Positions 28,740-37,734 of a DNA stretch of 64,000 nucleotides are shown piece after piece. Every line of letters begins with the position of its first letter. The first letter of the stretch is position 1. Both the position numbers and the translations under genes were made by a program. Where the stretch lies: NCBI GenBank assembly GCA_029762535.1, contig JARVGK010000010.1, positions 1-64,000 of the forward strand, written 5' to 3'. The notes beneath the pieces are model-generated. The model saw only the letters and a list, made by a program, of their open reading frames with translations. It made no database searches and was not told the origin of the DNA. This stretch comes from Thermoplasmatota archaeon (lineage in GTDB: Archaea > Thermoplasmatota > Penumbrarchaeia > Penumbrarchaeales > Penumbrarchaeaceae).

Positions 28740-31467
28740 TCGCTACCCCCTCCTCCATGACGGCTTTGTCGTTCCTCCTCCTCCTTTTGATAAGGGTCAC
28801 GGTCTCCGCAATGGCGATCAGGACAATGACGACGACACAGGCGGACATCGCATAAGGCAGCCAACCCCAGTCCTTTCCCTCCGGCTCAACGGTCACGTTC
28901 TCCTCGTAAGGCACGGTGACGTTCTCGATGATCTGGATGTCCTCATATGTCCGATGTTCGATGATCACCGTCTCAAAGGTGGGAAGGACAACGATCGATA
29001 TTTCCTGTACCATGATGTTCCCCCAAACATCGGTGATGGTCAGGACCACCTTGTAAACACCGACGGACCCGTAACTGTGATAGACAGACTCGCCCTCGGC
29101 GCGACAGCCGTCCCCGAACGACCATGAGATGCCGAAAATTCCGGAATCGTCATTTATATCGCATGCGGAAAACCTTATTGTCTCGTTAACGAGATAGCAC
29201 CCTATCAGATCGTCGGGGATCGACATCCTATCGAGCAATTCCGTCCCCGCCAGATACGTCTCGTTGAGGGGGAGCGGATCGGGATCGTATGATATCGAAC
29301 ACGTAGGGGGGGTGATATCGAGTACGTCGACATGGACGGTCGTGGAGTTCGAGTTTCCCTCGAGATCGAATAACTCCAATGTGAAATAGTGCCTTCTTGC
29401 CCGAGGCTCCCCGATGACCAGGACGCTCTCTCCGATAACCAACGTGTCATCATCCAGATGCCACAGTATCCGGTCCAGACCGACATTGTCGCAGGATGCG
29501 GAGGCATCAAGGACGATATCCTCACCCAGAACGATACTGTTCTCGTATTCGATCATCAGGACCGGAGCGGTCCTGTCCCTGACGGTGACGTTCACGACAT
29601 CGAAACCCCGGTTCCCGGACCTGTCGGTCACCGTGAGATGAACCGGGTAGAACCCCGGGTCCTCGAAAACGTATCTGAGATACATCCCGTAAAGTGTCCT
29701 CTCCTCTACCCTCCAGGTGTAGTTAAGGCCGAGATCGTTATCGTGGCTTTTCGATGCGTCCAGATAGACGATGCTGTCCTCCCATACGATCATATCCTCT
29801 CCACCGATGGCGACCGGGGGCATATCGTCCTTGATCACGACCTGCATTTCTGAAATGTCGCAAAAACCCAGGCTGTTGATGACGGTCAGGGTCACCTTGT
29901 AGATCCCGGGATAGAGATAAGTGTGCTCGGCGATCGGCGTGTGATGGAACAGATATGTCCCGTCGCCGAAGTCCCATGAATAGGAGACGATCCCGTGAAT
30001 ATCCCAGGATCCCGATCCGTCGAACGTTATCGGCTCACCCTCCATCGCCTGAATGGTGCCCGAAAGCGATGAGAACGGAGCGACCCTTACGGTCTTCGTC
30101 CTCATCACGACCGATCCTGCGTCATCGGTGACCTTGAGGGATACGTTGTAATATCCGCCCCTCTCATAGACATGCAACGGGTCGATCTCATTGGAATGGG
30201 ATCCGTCCATTAGGTCCCAATCTATGGAGGCGATATGTCCATCGATATCGTAGATATATGCTGGCCCAATCCTAATAGCGGTCCCTATCATGCCCTGGAC
30301 ATCGTCACCGATCCTCACGAAGGGGGGGAGATCGCCCACGGGCCCATCCCTGACCAGATCCACGTAGGATCGGGACAGGGGGTCGTCCTCTCCGAGCCTC
30401 CATATGCTTATCCCGCCGATCATATGCCTCCTGACGATATCCATCTGATGGAGAAGGCTCTCCGAATCGGTGTAATGATGGGCCCTCAGGGACCCGGACC
30501 TGTCCCTGTACACGAAGTAGGGCGTTCTCGATGTCACGTTCCACGATCGCTCGATATCAAATTCCCGAATCAAGTTGCGCGTCGATCTGTATGTGTGGTT
30601 CTCCGCCGTTCCGGTAGTGGTCCCGTCGTTATTTATGGGCCAATCATAGCCGAACTGCGCTATGCCGAGTATCAGTTTTTCCGGGTCGATAACGGAAGCG
30701 GCATAGGAAACGACCTGGTCCATCCATTCGTAGGAGGTCACCGGGCCCGACACCTCACATGTGGACCAGTGCAGGTTGTAGGCCATCAATCGGATGAAAT
30801 CCGCCCTCTCCCCCAGACCCGGATAATCGTATCCGGCAGGACCGTATCGATCATCGGACCCTGAGGTCTTCGGGAAGACCGAAACGTGAAGGACCTTGCC
30901 ATAGATGTGCATGGCCTCCGTCAGGTTGCCTATGAAATCGACAAATGCGTCGCGGTCCTCGGTGTAGAGGGATTCGTAGTTGATCTCGAGTCCGGAGTAA
31001 CCATTTTCCAGGGTGAGCCGGACCAGATCGTCTATGTGGGCCGTCCGTATCGATGCGTTCCTGACGATGTTTCGGACCGTTTCGGGATCGTGCAGGTTCG
31101 AGACCAGGGGGATCACTTCGATATCGTTCTCATCACAGAGGTCCATGTATGCTTCGTGATGTGACGGGGTGAAGACCCGAACGATGCTACCGTCCTGCAT
31201 TGTCCGATACCAGAAAGGGGACAGGGAATCCAGAGTGTCCGCCCATTCCTCCATTCCCGACCAGGACGATGCCTCCCATGGAATGGTCCATCCGGATACC
31301 GTGAATGGGGGATCCCCGGCCCTTGTCAACAATTCATTTTGATCTTCATTTAGACCGGTGACATCCACCATGGACGATATGAGGATCAAGGCGAGCAAGG
31401 TATATGTCAGGGATAGGACGACTTTCTCTCTTTCTCTGAAATTCTTCAGGAGTCGGATTCGGGACAT
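28729..31467 (-). CDS. Secreted GH18 chitinase-like hydrolase (YdhD/YaaH-like) with multiple PKD domains and C-terminal TM
   Basis: LSPFWY, GYSGLEINYE, LMAYNLHW, KLILGIAQFGYDW, GGISIWRLGEDDP; PKD WDFGDG repeats. Start ATG 31467 preferred because a TTATATA box lies about 32 bp upstream; the track start is 31524. Confidence 0.87.
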   Translation of the reverse strand: MSRIRLLKNFREREKVVLSLTYTLLALILISSMVDVTGLNEDQNELLTRAGDPPFTVSGWTIPWEASSWSGMEEWADTLDSLSPFWYRTMQDGSIVRVFTPSHHEAYMDLCDENDIEVIPLVSNLHDPETVRNIVRNASIRTAHIDDLVRLTLENGYSGLEINYESLYTEDRDAFVDFIGNLTEAMHIYGKVLHVSVFPKTSGSDDRYGPAGYDYPGLGERADFIRLMAYNLHWSTCEVSGPVTSYEWMDQVVSYAASVIDPEKLILGIAQFGYDWPINNDGTTTGTAENHTYRSTRNLIREFDIERSWNVTSRTPYFVYRDRSGSLRAHHYTDSESLLHQMDIVRRHMIGGISIWRLGEDDPLSRSYVDLVRDGPVGDLPPFVRIGDDVQGMIGTAIRIGPAYIYDIDGHIASIDWDLMDGSHSNEIDPLHVYERGGYYNVSLKVTDDAGSVVMRTKTVRVAPFSSLSGTIQAMEGEPITFDGSGSWDIHGIVSYSWDFGDGTYLFHHTPIAEHTYLYPGIYKVTLTVINSLGFCDISEMQVVIKDDMPPVAIGGEDMIVWEDSIVYLDASKSHDNDLGLNYTWRVEERTLYGMYLRYVFEDPGFYPVHLTVTDRSGNRGFDVVNVTVRDRTAPVLMIEYENSIVLGEDIVLDASASCDNVGLDRILWHLDDDTLVIGESVLVIGEPRARRHYFTLELFDLEGNSNSTTVHVDVLDITPPTCSISYDPDPLPLNETYLAGTELLDRMSIPDDLIGCYLVNETIRFSACDINDDSGIFGISWSFGDGCRAEGESVYHSYGSVGVYKVVLTITDVWGNIMVQEISIVVLPTFETVIIEHRTYEDIQIIENVTVPYEENVTVEPEGKDWGWLPYAMSACVVVIVLIAIAETVTLIKRRRRNDKAVMEEGVANER

Positions 31468-31669
31468 ATACCCTCGTAATTTTATAGCTCTGGGTATGTA
31501 TATAAGAGTGCCGTCCTCTTTCAACCCTTTATATAATAATAATAATCAAAGCATCACGTTCCCTTGATGCGGGATTGTATAGGGATCGGACGCTTGCCGA
31601 TGAAATACCCTCCGGCCGCCTGGAGGATCACCAGAAGGATGACCAACAACGATCGTTCATTTTACAGGG

Positions 31670-33133
31670 CTACTTCCTCTCCGGGGGAGGGATCTCCTCC
31701 TTGATGTTGGCGACCTTCCTCGCCAGAGCTATCAGCGACTCTATGTCCGATGTCGATCCAATCACCAATTTGGCCCCGTCGGGGGATCCTCCTCCGTGCA
31801 TGCACCCCGGGACACCCGCCCCTATTGTGAGCCACTCGATGAGCCTCGCGATCCTGGCCCGGGTCTCACCGGAGCATTTGGCGCTGAGGTATTTCTGCAA
31901 GAGCTCCCCGTAAACGGGGGAGTGGATGTCCTCGCAGGAGGGCATGCACCCCGTCTCTGCGATCCCTCCGGCGATGTCCTGGGCGAGCCTCTTGGTCTCG
32001 TAGGGCAGTGTCGCGACATGCACCTTGTTCACGTTCGAGAGCTTCCCGTCGGGGATCCAAACCCCGGAGGGGTGGAGCTTTCCAAGTACCGAGGCGGCGA
32101 TCCCCATGCCGAAGGTGGTCTCGTTGTTTATCGTCATCTTGGTCAGCTTATCTCGAAAGACCTTCTCGCTCAGGCCATTGGCTCTGGCCATAAGGGCGGA
32201 CGCGCCCATTATCACATCGCCCTGGCCGGCGACGCATCCTCCGATCGCTGAACGGTACGGGGCTATGAAGTTCAACACCGCCTTCATGGAGTATTTCCAC
32301 TCACCGGCCATGAACACCCTGTCCGCCGGGATATGCACGTCCTGGAACAGCAGGTATCCCTGGGTTATGCCCCCGTAGTCCACCGGGTTGTCGAAACCGC
32401 ATTCCGCGTCTCGTCCGTCGGAGGGATGCCTGGCCTCGATCACGGTGAGGCCCTCGATGTCCCGCGGCACTGCAAAAGATAGGGCGTAGTCCGCATCCGG
32501 CTCCTTATAGCCGGTCCCCGGAAGTATGAACACCTCGTTCGCGGCGGCGACGCCCGCTATCATCACCTTCGCCCCCCTGACCACTACCGATCCGTCGTCG
32601 TTCCTCTTGACGATGCGCAGGGACAGGTCTGGATCACTTTGTTCGGAGGGTCGCTTGGACCTGTCCCCTTTGGGATCCGTCAGCGCCCCGGCCACGGTTA
32701 TATCCTCCTTCTGGGCTTTCCTGAGCCATTCGGTAAGCCTTTGATGATATTTCGTCCCGAATTCCGCGTCCATGTCGTAGGTGGTGGCCCACATGGAGTT
32801 CAGGGCATTGAAACCGACGCATCTCCCACCCGTGCACGTGCCGGTTATGTTGAACATCAATCTCTTCATCCTGACATTCTTGACCATGTCCTCGGCGGAT
32901 CCGACGATGGAGAGGTAGCGGGAGATCCTCTCCCCGCTCAGATGCGAAGTCGTCGTTAGAAGGTCCTTGTGCTCCTCGGTCCGGGCGGCGTCGAAGATCT
33001 GGGCGTGGCCCTCCACCGTCCTTCTGGTGGACGGATGCATCGTGACGTCCTCTATCAGCTCGCCGAACTTGTAGACGTTCGGCCTCATTTTCCTCAGGCT
33101 TTCCCTGTAATCTTCAGATGTCCTCAATATCAT
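31670..33133 (-). CDS. 4-hydroxybutyryl-CoA dehydratase / 4-hydroxyphenylacetate 3-hydroxylase family flavoprotein (divergent AbfD-like)
   Basis: EDYRESLR, TGTCTGGRCVG, ALTDPKGDRS, VVRGAK, QDIAGG, MHGGGSP; ATGA overlap with upstream gene. Confidence 0.85.
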   Translation of the reverse strand: MILRTSEDYRESLRKMRPNVYKFGELIEDVTMHPSTRRTVEGHAQIFDAARTEEHKDLLTTTSHLSGERISRYLSIVGSAEDMVKNVRMKRLMFNITGTCTGGRCVGFNALNSMWATTYDMDAEFGTKYHQRLTEWLRKAQKEDITVAGALTDPKGDRSKRPSEQSDPDLSLRIVKRNDDGSVVVRGAKVMIAGVAAANEVFILPGTGYKEPDADYALSFAVPRDIEGLTVIEARHPSDGRDAECGFDNPVDYGGITQGYLLFQDVHIPADRVFMAGEWKYSMKAVLNFIAPYRSAIGGCVAGQGDVIMGASALMARANGLSEKVFRDKLTKMTINNETTFGMGIAASVLGKLHPSGVWIPDGKLSNVNKVHVATLPYETKRLAQDIAGGIAETGCMPSCEDIHSPVYGELLQKYLSAKCSGETRARIARLIEWLTIGAGVPGCMHGGGSPDGAKLVIGSTSDIESLIALARKVANIKEEIPPPERK

Positions 33134-33660
33134 ACCTCCCTCATCCTGAAGACCCATTCGCACCATTTGCCTTCCTCGAGATCGTCAGGAGGACACTGGA
33201 TGCAGTCCACGACTATGTCCTCCGAGAACTCCTTCGCGAAGGATTTGAGGAATCCGTAGCGGACCTTCTTGCATGGGAACACCGGGAGATCGTCTTTTTG
33301 GCGGGTGTTCTGCACCCTGCATTCCACGTTCCGGAGAAGGACCCTTCCGGGATGGTATTCCCATTCCTTGTCCTCTAGGTCCATTGCCCATCCGGACATT
33401 TTCAATCCCCTCACCATATCATCCAGGGATCCCGCGAGGCCGAATAGCTTCTTGATCTTGCGGGCCTCTATCTTGCCCATCACTCGCCATACGTTCGCGT
33501 CGATCTCGGTGGCGGCCTCGGTCCCGAACCTCTCCTCGATCCCGAGATAGTACAATCCATCAACGGCCCACATGTTCCGAAGATGCATGAACATCAGATC
33601 GGCACGGCGTTCATCGTCCATTCCCGAAAGCATATCCCTTTCCTCCTGGCGATCGATCAT
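33130..33660 (-). CDS. DUF6125-like protein (Cys-containing, V4R/ATC-hydrolase-like fold)
   Basis: WAVDGLYYLGIEERFGTEAA...VW, CRVQ, FPCK, CIQCPPD...WCEW; start uncertain (33660 or 33735). Confidence 0.7.
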   Translation of the reverse strand: MIDRQEERDMLSGMDDERRADLMFMHLRNMWAVDGLYYLGIEERFGTEAATEIDANVWRVMGKIEARKIKKLFGLAGSLDDMVRGLKMSGWAMDLEDKEWEYHPGRVLLRNVECRVQNTRQKDDLPVFPCKKVRYGFLKSFAKEFSEDIVVDCIQCPPDDLEEGKWCEWVFRMREV

Positions 33661-33799
33661 GAAGACACCCTTGTCGGGGGTATCGCGTGATGGACCATAA
33701 TGTTTTTCACGGGATCCCCCCTCCAGTTCATTCAATGAACTGGAAAGTTTTTATACGAGTGCAGGGCCTAACACCCTTATCGGGTATGGTGGTATCAAA

Positions 33800-35113
33800 A
33801 TGGAATTGAAAGGATCGATCCACGGGATCCCCCTGATATTGATATTGATATTGATATTCTCGAATATTGGATCCCTGGCGAACGGCACCATCGAGGCGAA
33901 TTTCACAGGTACATGGACCGAATCCCTCGAGGACCGGGACGGGGACGGATCGGCGGAAGCTCTTGTCATAGGGGTCGATATCGACGTTTACGTCCCCGGG
34001 TCCTACGGCATTTTCGGGTCCGTGAACGACGGCGAGATCGTATCGAACTCGGGACTGGTCTCTCTGGGATTGGGAAGGCATCGGATCGATCTCAAGTTCC
34101 CCGGCGCCGATATCATCACCAGAGGCACCTCCGGACAGTACGACATCAAGCTCGAGCTCTACACCTCCGATCCCGGCTCCAACGCCCGGAGCAGGGAGAT
34201 AAAGACGAAGGAAAGCTACGACCCGACCGATTTCGAAAGGGGTGAGGGCTTCCCCGGCACGTCCGTCACTGTCGAGGGCCCCGAGGTCCTGATCAACAAC
34301 CCCCTGGTCGAGATAAGGATCAACACCACCAGGCCCCTTCTCGTCTTCTCGTATCCCGGCGAGCTCTCGAAAACGACGAGGGCCGCCCTCGAGTGCATCA
34401 GCCTTGTAGCGTACGACGATCAGGACGGGAACACGGCCTACGACCCCGGGGTGGACACCGTGAAGTACAGTACCGATCTGGCCCGGGACGTGGACTGGAA
34501 AATGAACCTGGACCTCTCCAGGGGGTTCAGGATCGACCTCCAGGGCATGGCCCCGATGCGCAGGACCGGTTCCCCATCCCTCGTCGCCTGGGCGTCCCTG
34601 ACCATCACCATGGACTCGACGACGATAGATCCCCAGGGAAGCTCTCAGAAGTTCGACATAGACATAGAGCTGTTCCAGCCACTCGACTCCGACGGGATCG
34701 CCATAGTCCAGGAGCTCCGCGACGAGAGCGGCGGCCATGAGTTCCAGTATTCGGAATCCGATCCCTACAAGACCATCTCCCTCGTGGACCCATCGGGCAA
34801 GGTCAACGGCATGTACACCTGGGTGGACGAGATACTCATAGGGGAGGCGTCGGCGGACACCCTTTCATCCGCCAAAACTGGCCACAGGCTCGATGAGGAC
34901 ACCGCCATGGTCGTTTTCAGCTATCCGCTCAACGGGGACACGCTGCAGGTGTTCCACGATCCAAGGGTGGGCATGGACCCTAAGATGCCCGAAATACGGG
35001 GCGAGGACCCGTTCCTCTCGAACAGGCCATTGCTGATGGGCGCGGGCTTTCTGTTGGGGGCCTCTCTGGTCATAGGGGCCGTAATCATAACACGATTGCG
35101 GAGGAGGTGGTGA
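33800..35113 (+). CDS. Secreted, C-terminally anchored hypothetical protein
   Basis: Signal peptide, QKFDIDI and VFHDPRVG segments, C-terminal TM + RLRRRW. Confidence 0.7.
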   Translation: MELKGSIHGIPLILILILIFSNIGSLANGTIEANFTGTWTESLEDRDGDGSAEALVIGVDIDVYVPGSYGIFGSVNDGEIVSNSGLVSLGLGRHRIDLKFPGADIITRGTSGQYDIKLELYTSDPGSNARSREIKTKESYDPTDFERGEGFPGTSVTVEGPEVLINNPLVEIRINTTRPLLVFSYPGELSKTTRAALECISLVAYDDQDGNTAYDPGVDTVKYSTDLARDVDWKMNLDLSRGFRIDLQGMAPMRRTGSPSLVAWASLTITMDSTTIDPQGSSQKFDIDIELFQPLDSDGIAIVQELRDESGGHEFQYSESDPYKTISLVDPSGKVNGMYTWVDEILIGEASADTLSSAKTGHRLDEDTAMVVFSYPLNGDTLQVFHDPRVGMDPKMPEIRGEDPFLSNRPLLMGAGFLLGASLVIGAVIITRLRRRW

Positions 35114-35116
35114 GAC

Positions 35117-35422
35117 TTGGACTGGGTGGAGACCGCATCCATACTCAAGGACGTCCTCGTGGGGATACTGATCATTCTCTCCATGGCCCTGACGACGATA
35201 GGAGCCCTGGCATGGAGGAGGAAAAGGGCGACGAGGCTTCTCTGGGTCACGATCGCCTTCGCGCTGTTCCTGGTCAAGGGGGTCTCCCTTGCCCTTGGGT
35301 TGTACGTGCTGGGGATGATCTCGGTCCCCAGGGGTTTCGCGGGGACCTTCGACCTGATGCTGATCCTCGATGTGCTGATACTGGTGATACTCTACCTCGC
35401 CCTCTTCAGGAGGACGGGCTGA
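35117..35422 (+). CDS. Small three-TM membrane protein of the type found next to archaeal wHTH regulators
   Basis: 101 aa hydrophobic, ALAWRRKRATRLLWVTIAFALFLVKG; TTG start after GGAGGTGGTGA. Confidence 0.7.
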   Translation: MDWVETASILKDVLVGILIILSMALTTIGALAWRRKRATRLLWVTIAFALFLVKGVSLALGLYVLGMISVPRGFAGTFDLMLILDVLILVILYLALFRRTG

Positions 35423-35440
35423 AAAAGGGCCGGACTGATC

Positions 35441-35962
35441 GTGATGCGGGAAAAGGACCCGGACCTGGACATGAAGAAGAGGATCTTCGACCTCATCTCC
35501 CAGAGCCCGGGCGTTCACTTCAGGGAGATCTCGCGAAGGCTCGATGCCCCCACCGGCGCCCTGGAATACCATCTGCATCAGATGGAGAAGCGCGATATGA
35601 TAGTCGCGAAGCAGGAGGGCAAGTACAAGAGGTACTACGCCGAGGGCAAGGTGGGGTCCGCCGAGAAGCGCCTGCTGTCCTATCTGAGGAAGGACATACC
35701 GAGAGGGATACTCATCCATCTGATGCTGCACCCGGGAGCGAGGCATCGCGATATCAAGGAAGCCCTCTCTGTCGGTGGGCCCATACTCTCCTTCCACCTG
35801 CGCAAGATGGTCAGGGACGGGCTGGTTAGGGAGGTGGATGAAGGCACGAAGAGGCTCTTTGTCGCGGACCCTGACGCGGTCTCGAAGAGCCTGATAATGT
35901 ATAAGAGGTCCTTCATGGACGATCTGGTGGACTCCTTCGCCGACACATGGCTCGACATGTGA
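35441..35962 (+). CDS. Tandem winged-helix transcriptional regulator (ArsR/MarR-like)
   Basis: RIFDLISQSPGVHFREISRRL...LEYHLHQME; second wHTH HPGARHRDI...LSFHLRKM. Confidence 0.85.
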   Translation: MMREKDPDLDMKKRIFDLISQSPGVHFREISRRLDAPTGALEYHLHQMEKRDMIVAKQEGKYKRYYAEGKVGSAEKRLLSYLRKDIPRGILIHLMLHPGARHRDIKEALSVGGPILSFHLRKMVRDGLVREVDEGTKRLFVADPDAVSKSLIMYKRSFMDDLVDSFADTWLDM

Positions 35963-35964
35963 GC

Positions 35965-36426
35965 TCATTCGCGGCCGAGCTTCTTCATGGTCCTGTTCAC
36001 GCTCTTTGACACATCGTCCTTCGTCGATCCCGTCCCATTGAAGAAACGCTCCCAGGTCGGCGTGTCCCAGTAAGGGCTGTCGAGCGGGTCCCTGTCAAGG
36101 GCATCCAACATGTCTTTAACCTTTTGGGCGCCACCCTCCCCGAATCGAAGCCTGAATATGGACCTGAACGTCGAGCCGCCGGCCCATACCGCCTCCATGT
36201 TCAGCTCGATCTCACCCTTCAACCTGGCGTTCCACGGATACGGCAGCCTTACGTCCCTCAGTTCTATATCTCCTCCGTCATTCAGGTGAGGGACTATCAG
36301 GGCCTCGCCGACATCTGTGAGGTTGAGGCGGTCCAGCCCGTTAAGTGGCCTCTTTACGCTCCCCTTCCTCAGCATCTCGTAGGACACCACGGGAGCGACC
36401 CTCAGGGGCATTATCCACATTGTCAT
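35965..36426 (-). CDS. Hypothetical protein downstream of nadE
   Basis: 153-aa ORF 12 bp downstream of nadE on the same strand. Confidence 0.6.
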   Translation of the reverse strand: MTMWIMPLRVAPVVSYEMLRKGSVKRPLNGLDRLNLTDVGEALIVPHLNDGGDIELRDVRLPYPWNARLKGEIELNMEAVWAGGSTFRSIFRLRFGEGGAQKVKDMLDALDRDPLDSPYWDTPTWERFFNGTGSTKDDVSKSVNRTMKKLGRE

Positions 36427-36438
36427 CTCGCCCAGATC

Positions 36439-37278
36439 TCACCACCTCTCCCTGAGATCGATCCCCACGGTCCAGGCCCCCACTTTGGGTATTATCAGCG
36501 GGTCCCTCTTGTGCCTTGAACCCTCGATCATCGAGAAGATCCGCTCGACGGAGTCCAGGGTTAATCCGCCGGGGCCGCCCGATGCATCGTCCTCCAATTC
36601 CCCTTCCATCATATCGAACACCTTCCGGGGCGCATACCCGGTGAGATACCCAATGACGACCCGATCGATGAGGGGATATGGAAGGCCTATGTCGCCCTCG
36701 TCGGTCTGGCCCGGGATGAGGCCTGCGGTCGGGACCCTGTCGATCAACGGCCTGGGCACTCCCAGTTCCGACGCGAGCGCCCTGACCTGGGTCTTGTAAA
36801 GGTCGCCGATGGGGCAGATATCGGAGCCTCCGTCGCCGTGCTTGGTGAAATATCCCAGCATTATCTCGGTCTTGTTCGAGGTTCCGAGGACCAGCAGGTC
36901 CTCCTCGTTGGCTATCGCGTAAAGCACCGCCATCCTCATCCGGGCCTGCAGGTTCGCGTTGGCGGACCTGCCCAACTCGAAGGGGAACGCCTCGATTAGA
37001 GGTGATATGTCGTGCTCCCTGAGATCACAGCCCGCGTCCCGGGCCGACATCGATGCGAGATCCCTATCCGGGGATGATAGTTCACCGTAGGGTAGGAAAA
37101 CAGGAAGCACACGGTCGCTGCCAAGGGCGATGGAGGATAATTTCAGGACGAGCGCGGAGTCCAGGCCTCCGGAGAGCCCCAGGACACAGCCCCTGCAGCC
37201 CGATGATGCGAACCTCTCCCTGATGAACTCCGATATTATCGTGCCCGTCTCGGGCCTCAGGCGAGGAACGGCCATCAT
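36439..37278 (-). CDS. nadE: NH3-dependent NAD+ synthetase
   Basis: LGLSGGLDS, NLQARMRM, GTSNKTE, GYFTKHGDG, DLYKTQV, PTAGL. Confidence 0.95.
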   Translation of the reverse strand: MMAVPRLRPETGTIISEFIRERFASSGCRGCVLGLSGGLDSALVLKLSSIALGSDRVLPVFLPYGELSSPDRDLASMSARDAGCDLREHDISPLIEAFPFELGRSANANLQARMRMAVLYAIANEEDLLVLGTSNKTEIMLGYFTKHGDGGSDICPIGDLYKTQVRALASELGVPRPLIDRVPTAGLIPGQTDEGDIGLPYPLIDRVVIGYLTGYAPRKVFDMMEGELEDDASGGPGGLTLDSVERIFSMIEGSRHKRDPLIIPKVGAWTVGIDLRERW

Positions 37279-37362
37279 CTGCACACCCCGAAGGTTCAAG
37301 GTTGATTATCTTTGAAGGTAACGGTCGGCAAAAGATTAAATTATCCCCGGCCCACTCAAGTC

Positions 37363-37728
37363 ATGGGTATCATCTTGATCAGCTACAAGATAGAGAACAT
37401 AATCGCCTCGGCGAAGATCAACACACCCATAGACCTGGATGCTCTTGCGGCCAAGCTCGAGAACGTCGAGTACAAACCGGAGAACTTCCAGGCGGCCATA
37501 TGGAGGCCCTCGAACAGCTACGGGGTGGCCCTGGTCTTCAGCGACGGGAGGCTCATGTGCACCAACATGAGAAGCGTCCAGGACGTCGAGAACATATTCA
37601 AGAAGCTTGTCAAGAGGCTCGAGGAGCTCGAGATGATCAACCCCAGGGTGGCTTGCCCGCACTGCGGCGCCGCCATAGATACCGAGGATATGGTCTGTAT
37701 CGAATGCGGCGGCCTCATAAACAAATAG
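37363..37728 (+). CDS. Single-repeat TATA-binding-protein-like domain fused to a C-terminal zinc ribbon
   Basis: KIENIIAS...IDLDALA...VEYKPENF...ALVFSDGRLMCT forms one TBP repeat, followed by CPHC-x10-CIEC. A TATA-like AAAGATTAAATTA lies about 25 bp before ATG 37363. Confidence 0.8.
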   Translation: MGIILISYKIENIIASAKINTPIDLDALAAKLENVEYKPENFQAAIWRPSNSYGVALVFSDGRLMCTNMRSVQDVENIFKKLVKRLEELEMINPRVACPHCGAAIDTEDMVCIECGGLINK

Positions 37729-37734
37729 GCCCTT

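Noticed and set aside
33834-33857. (TGATAT)x4 microsatellite
   Set aside because: In-frame 6-bp unit encoding Leu-Ile repeats in a signal peptide; length change would not shift the frame, so no evidence of phase variation.
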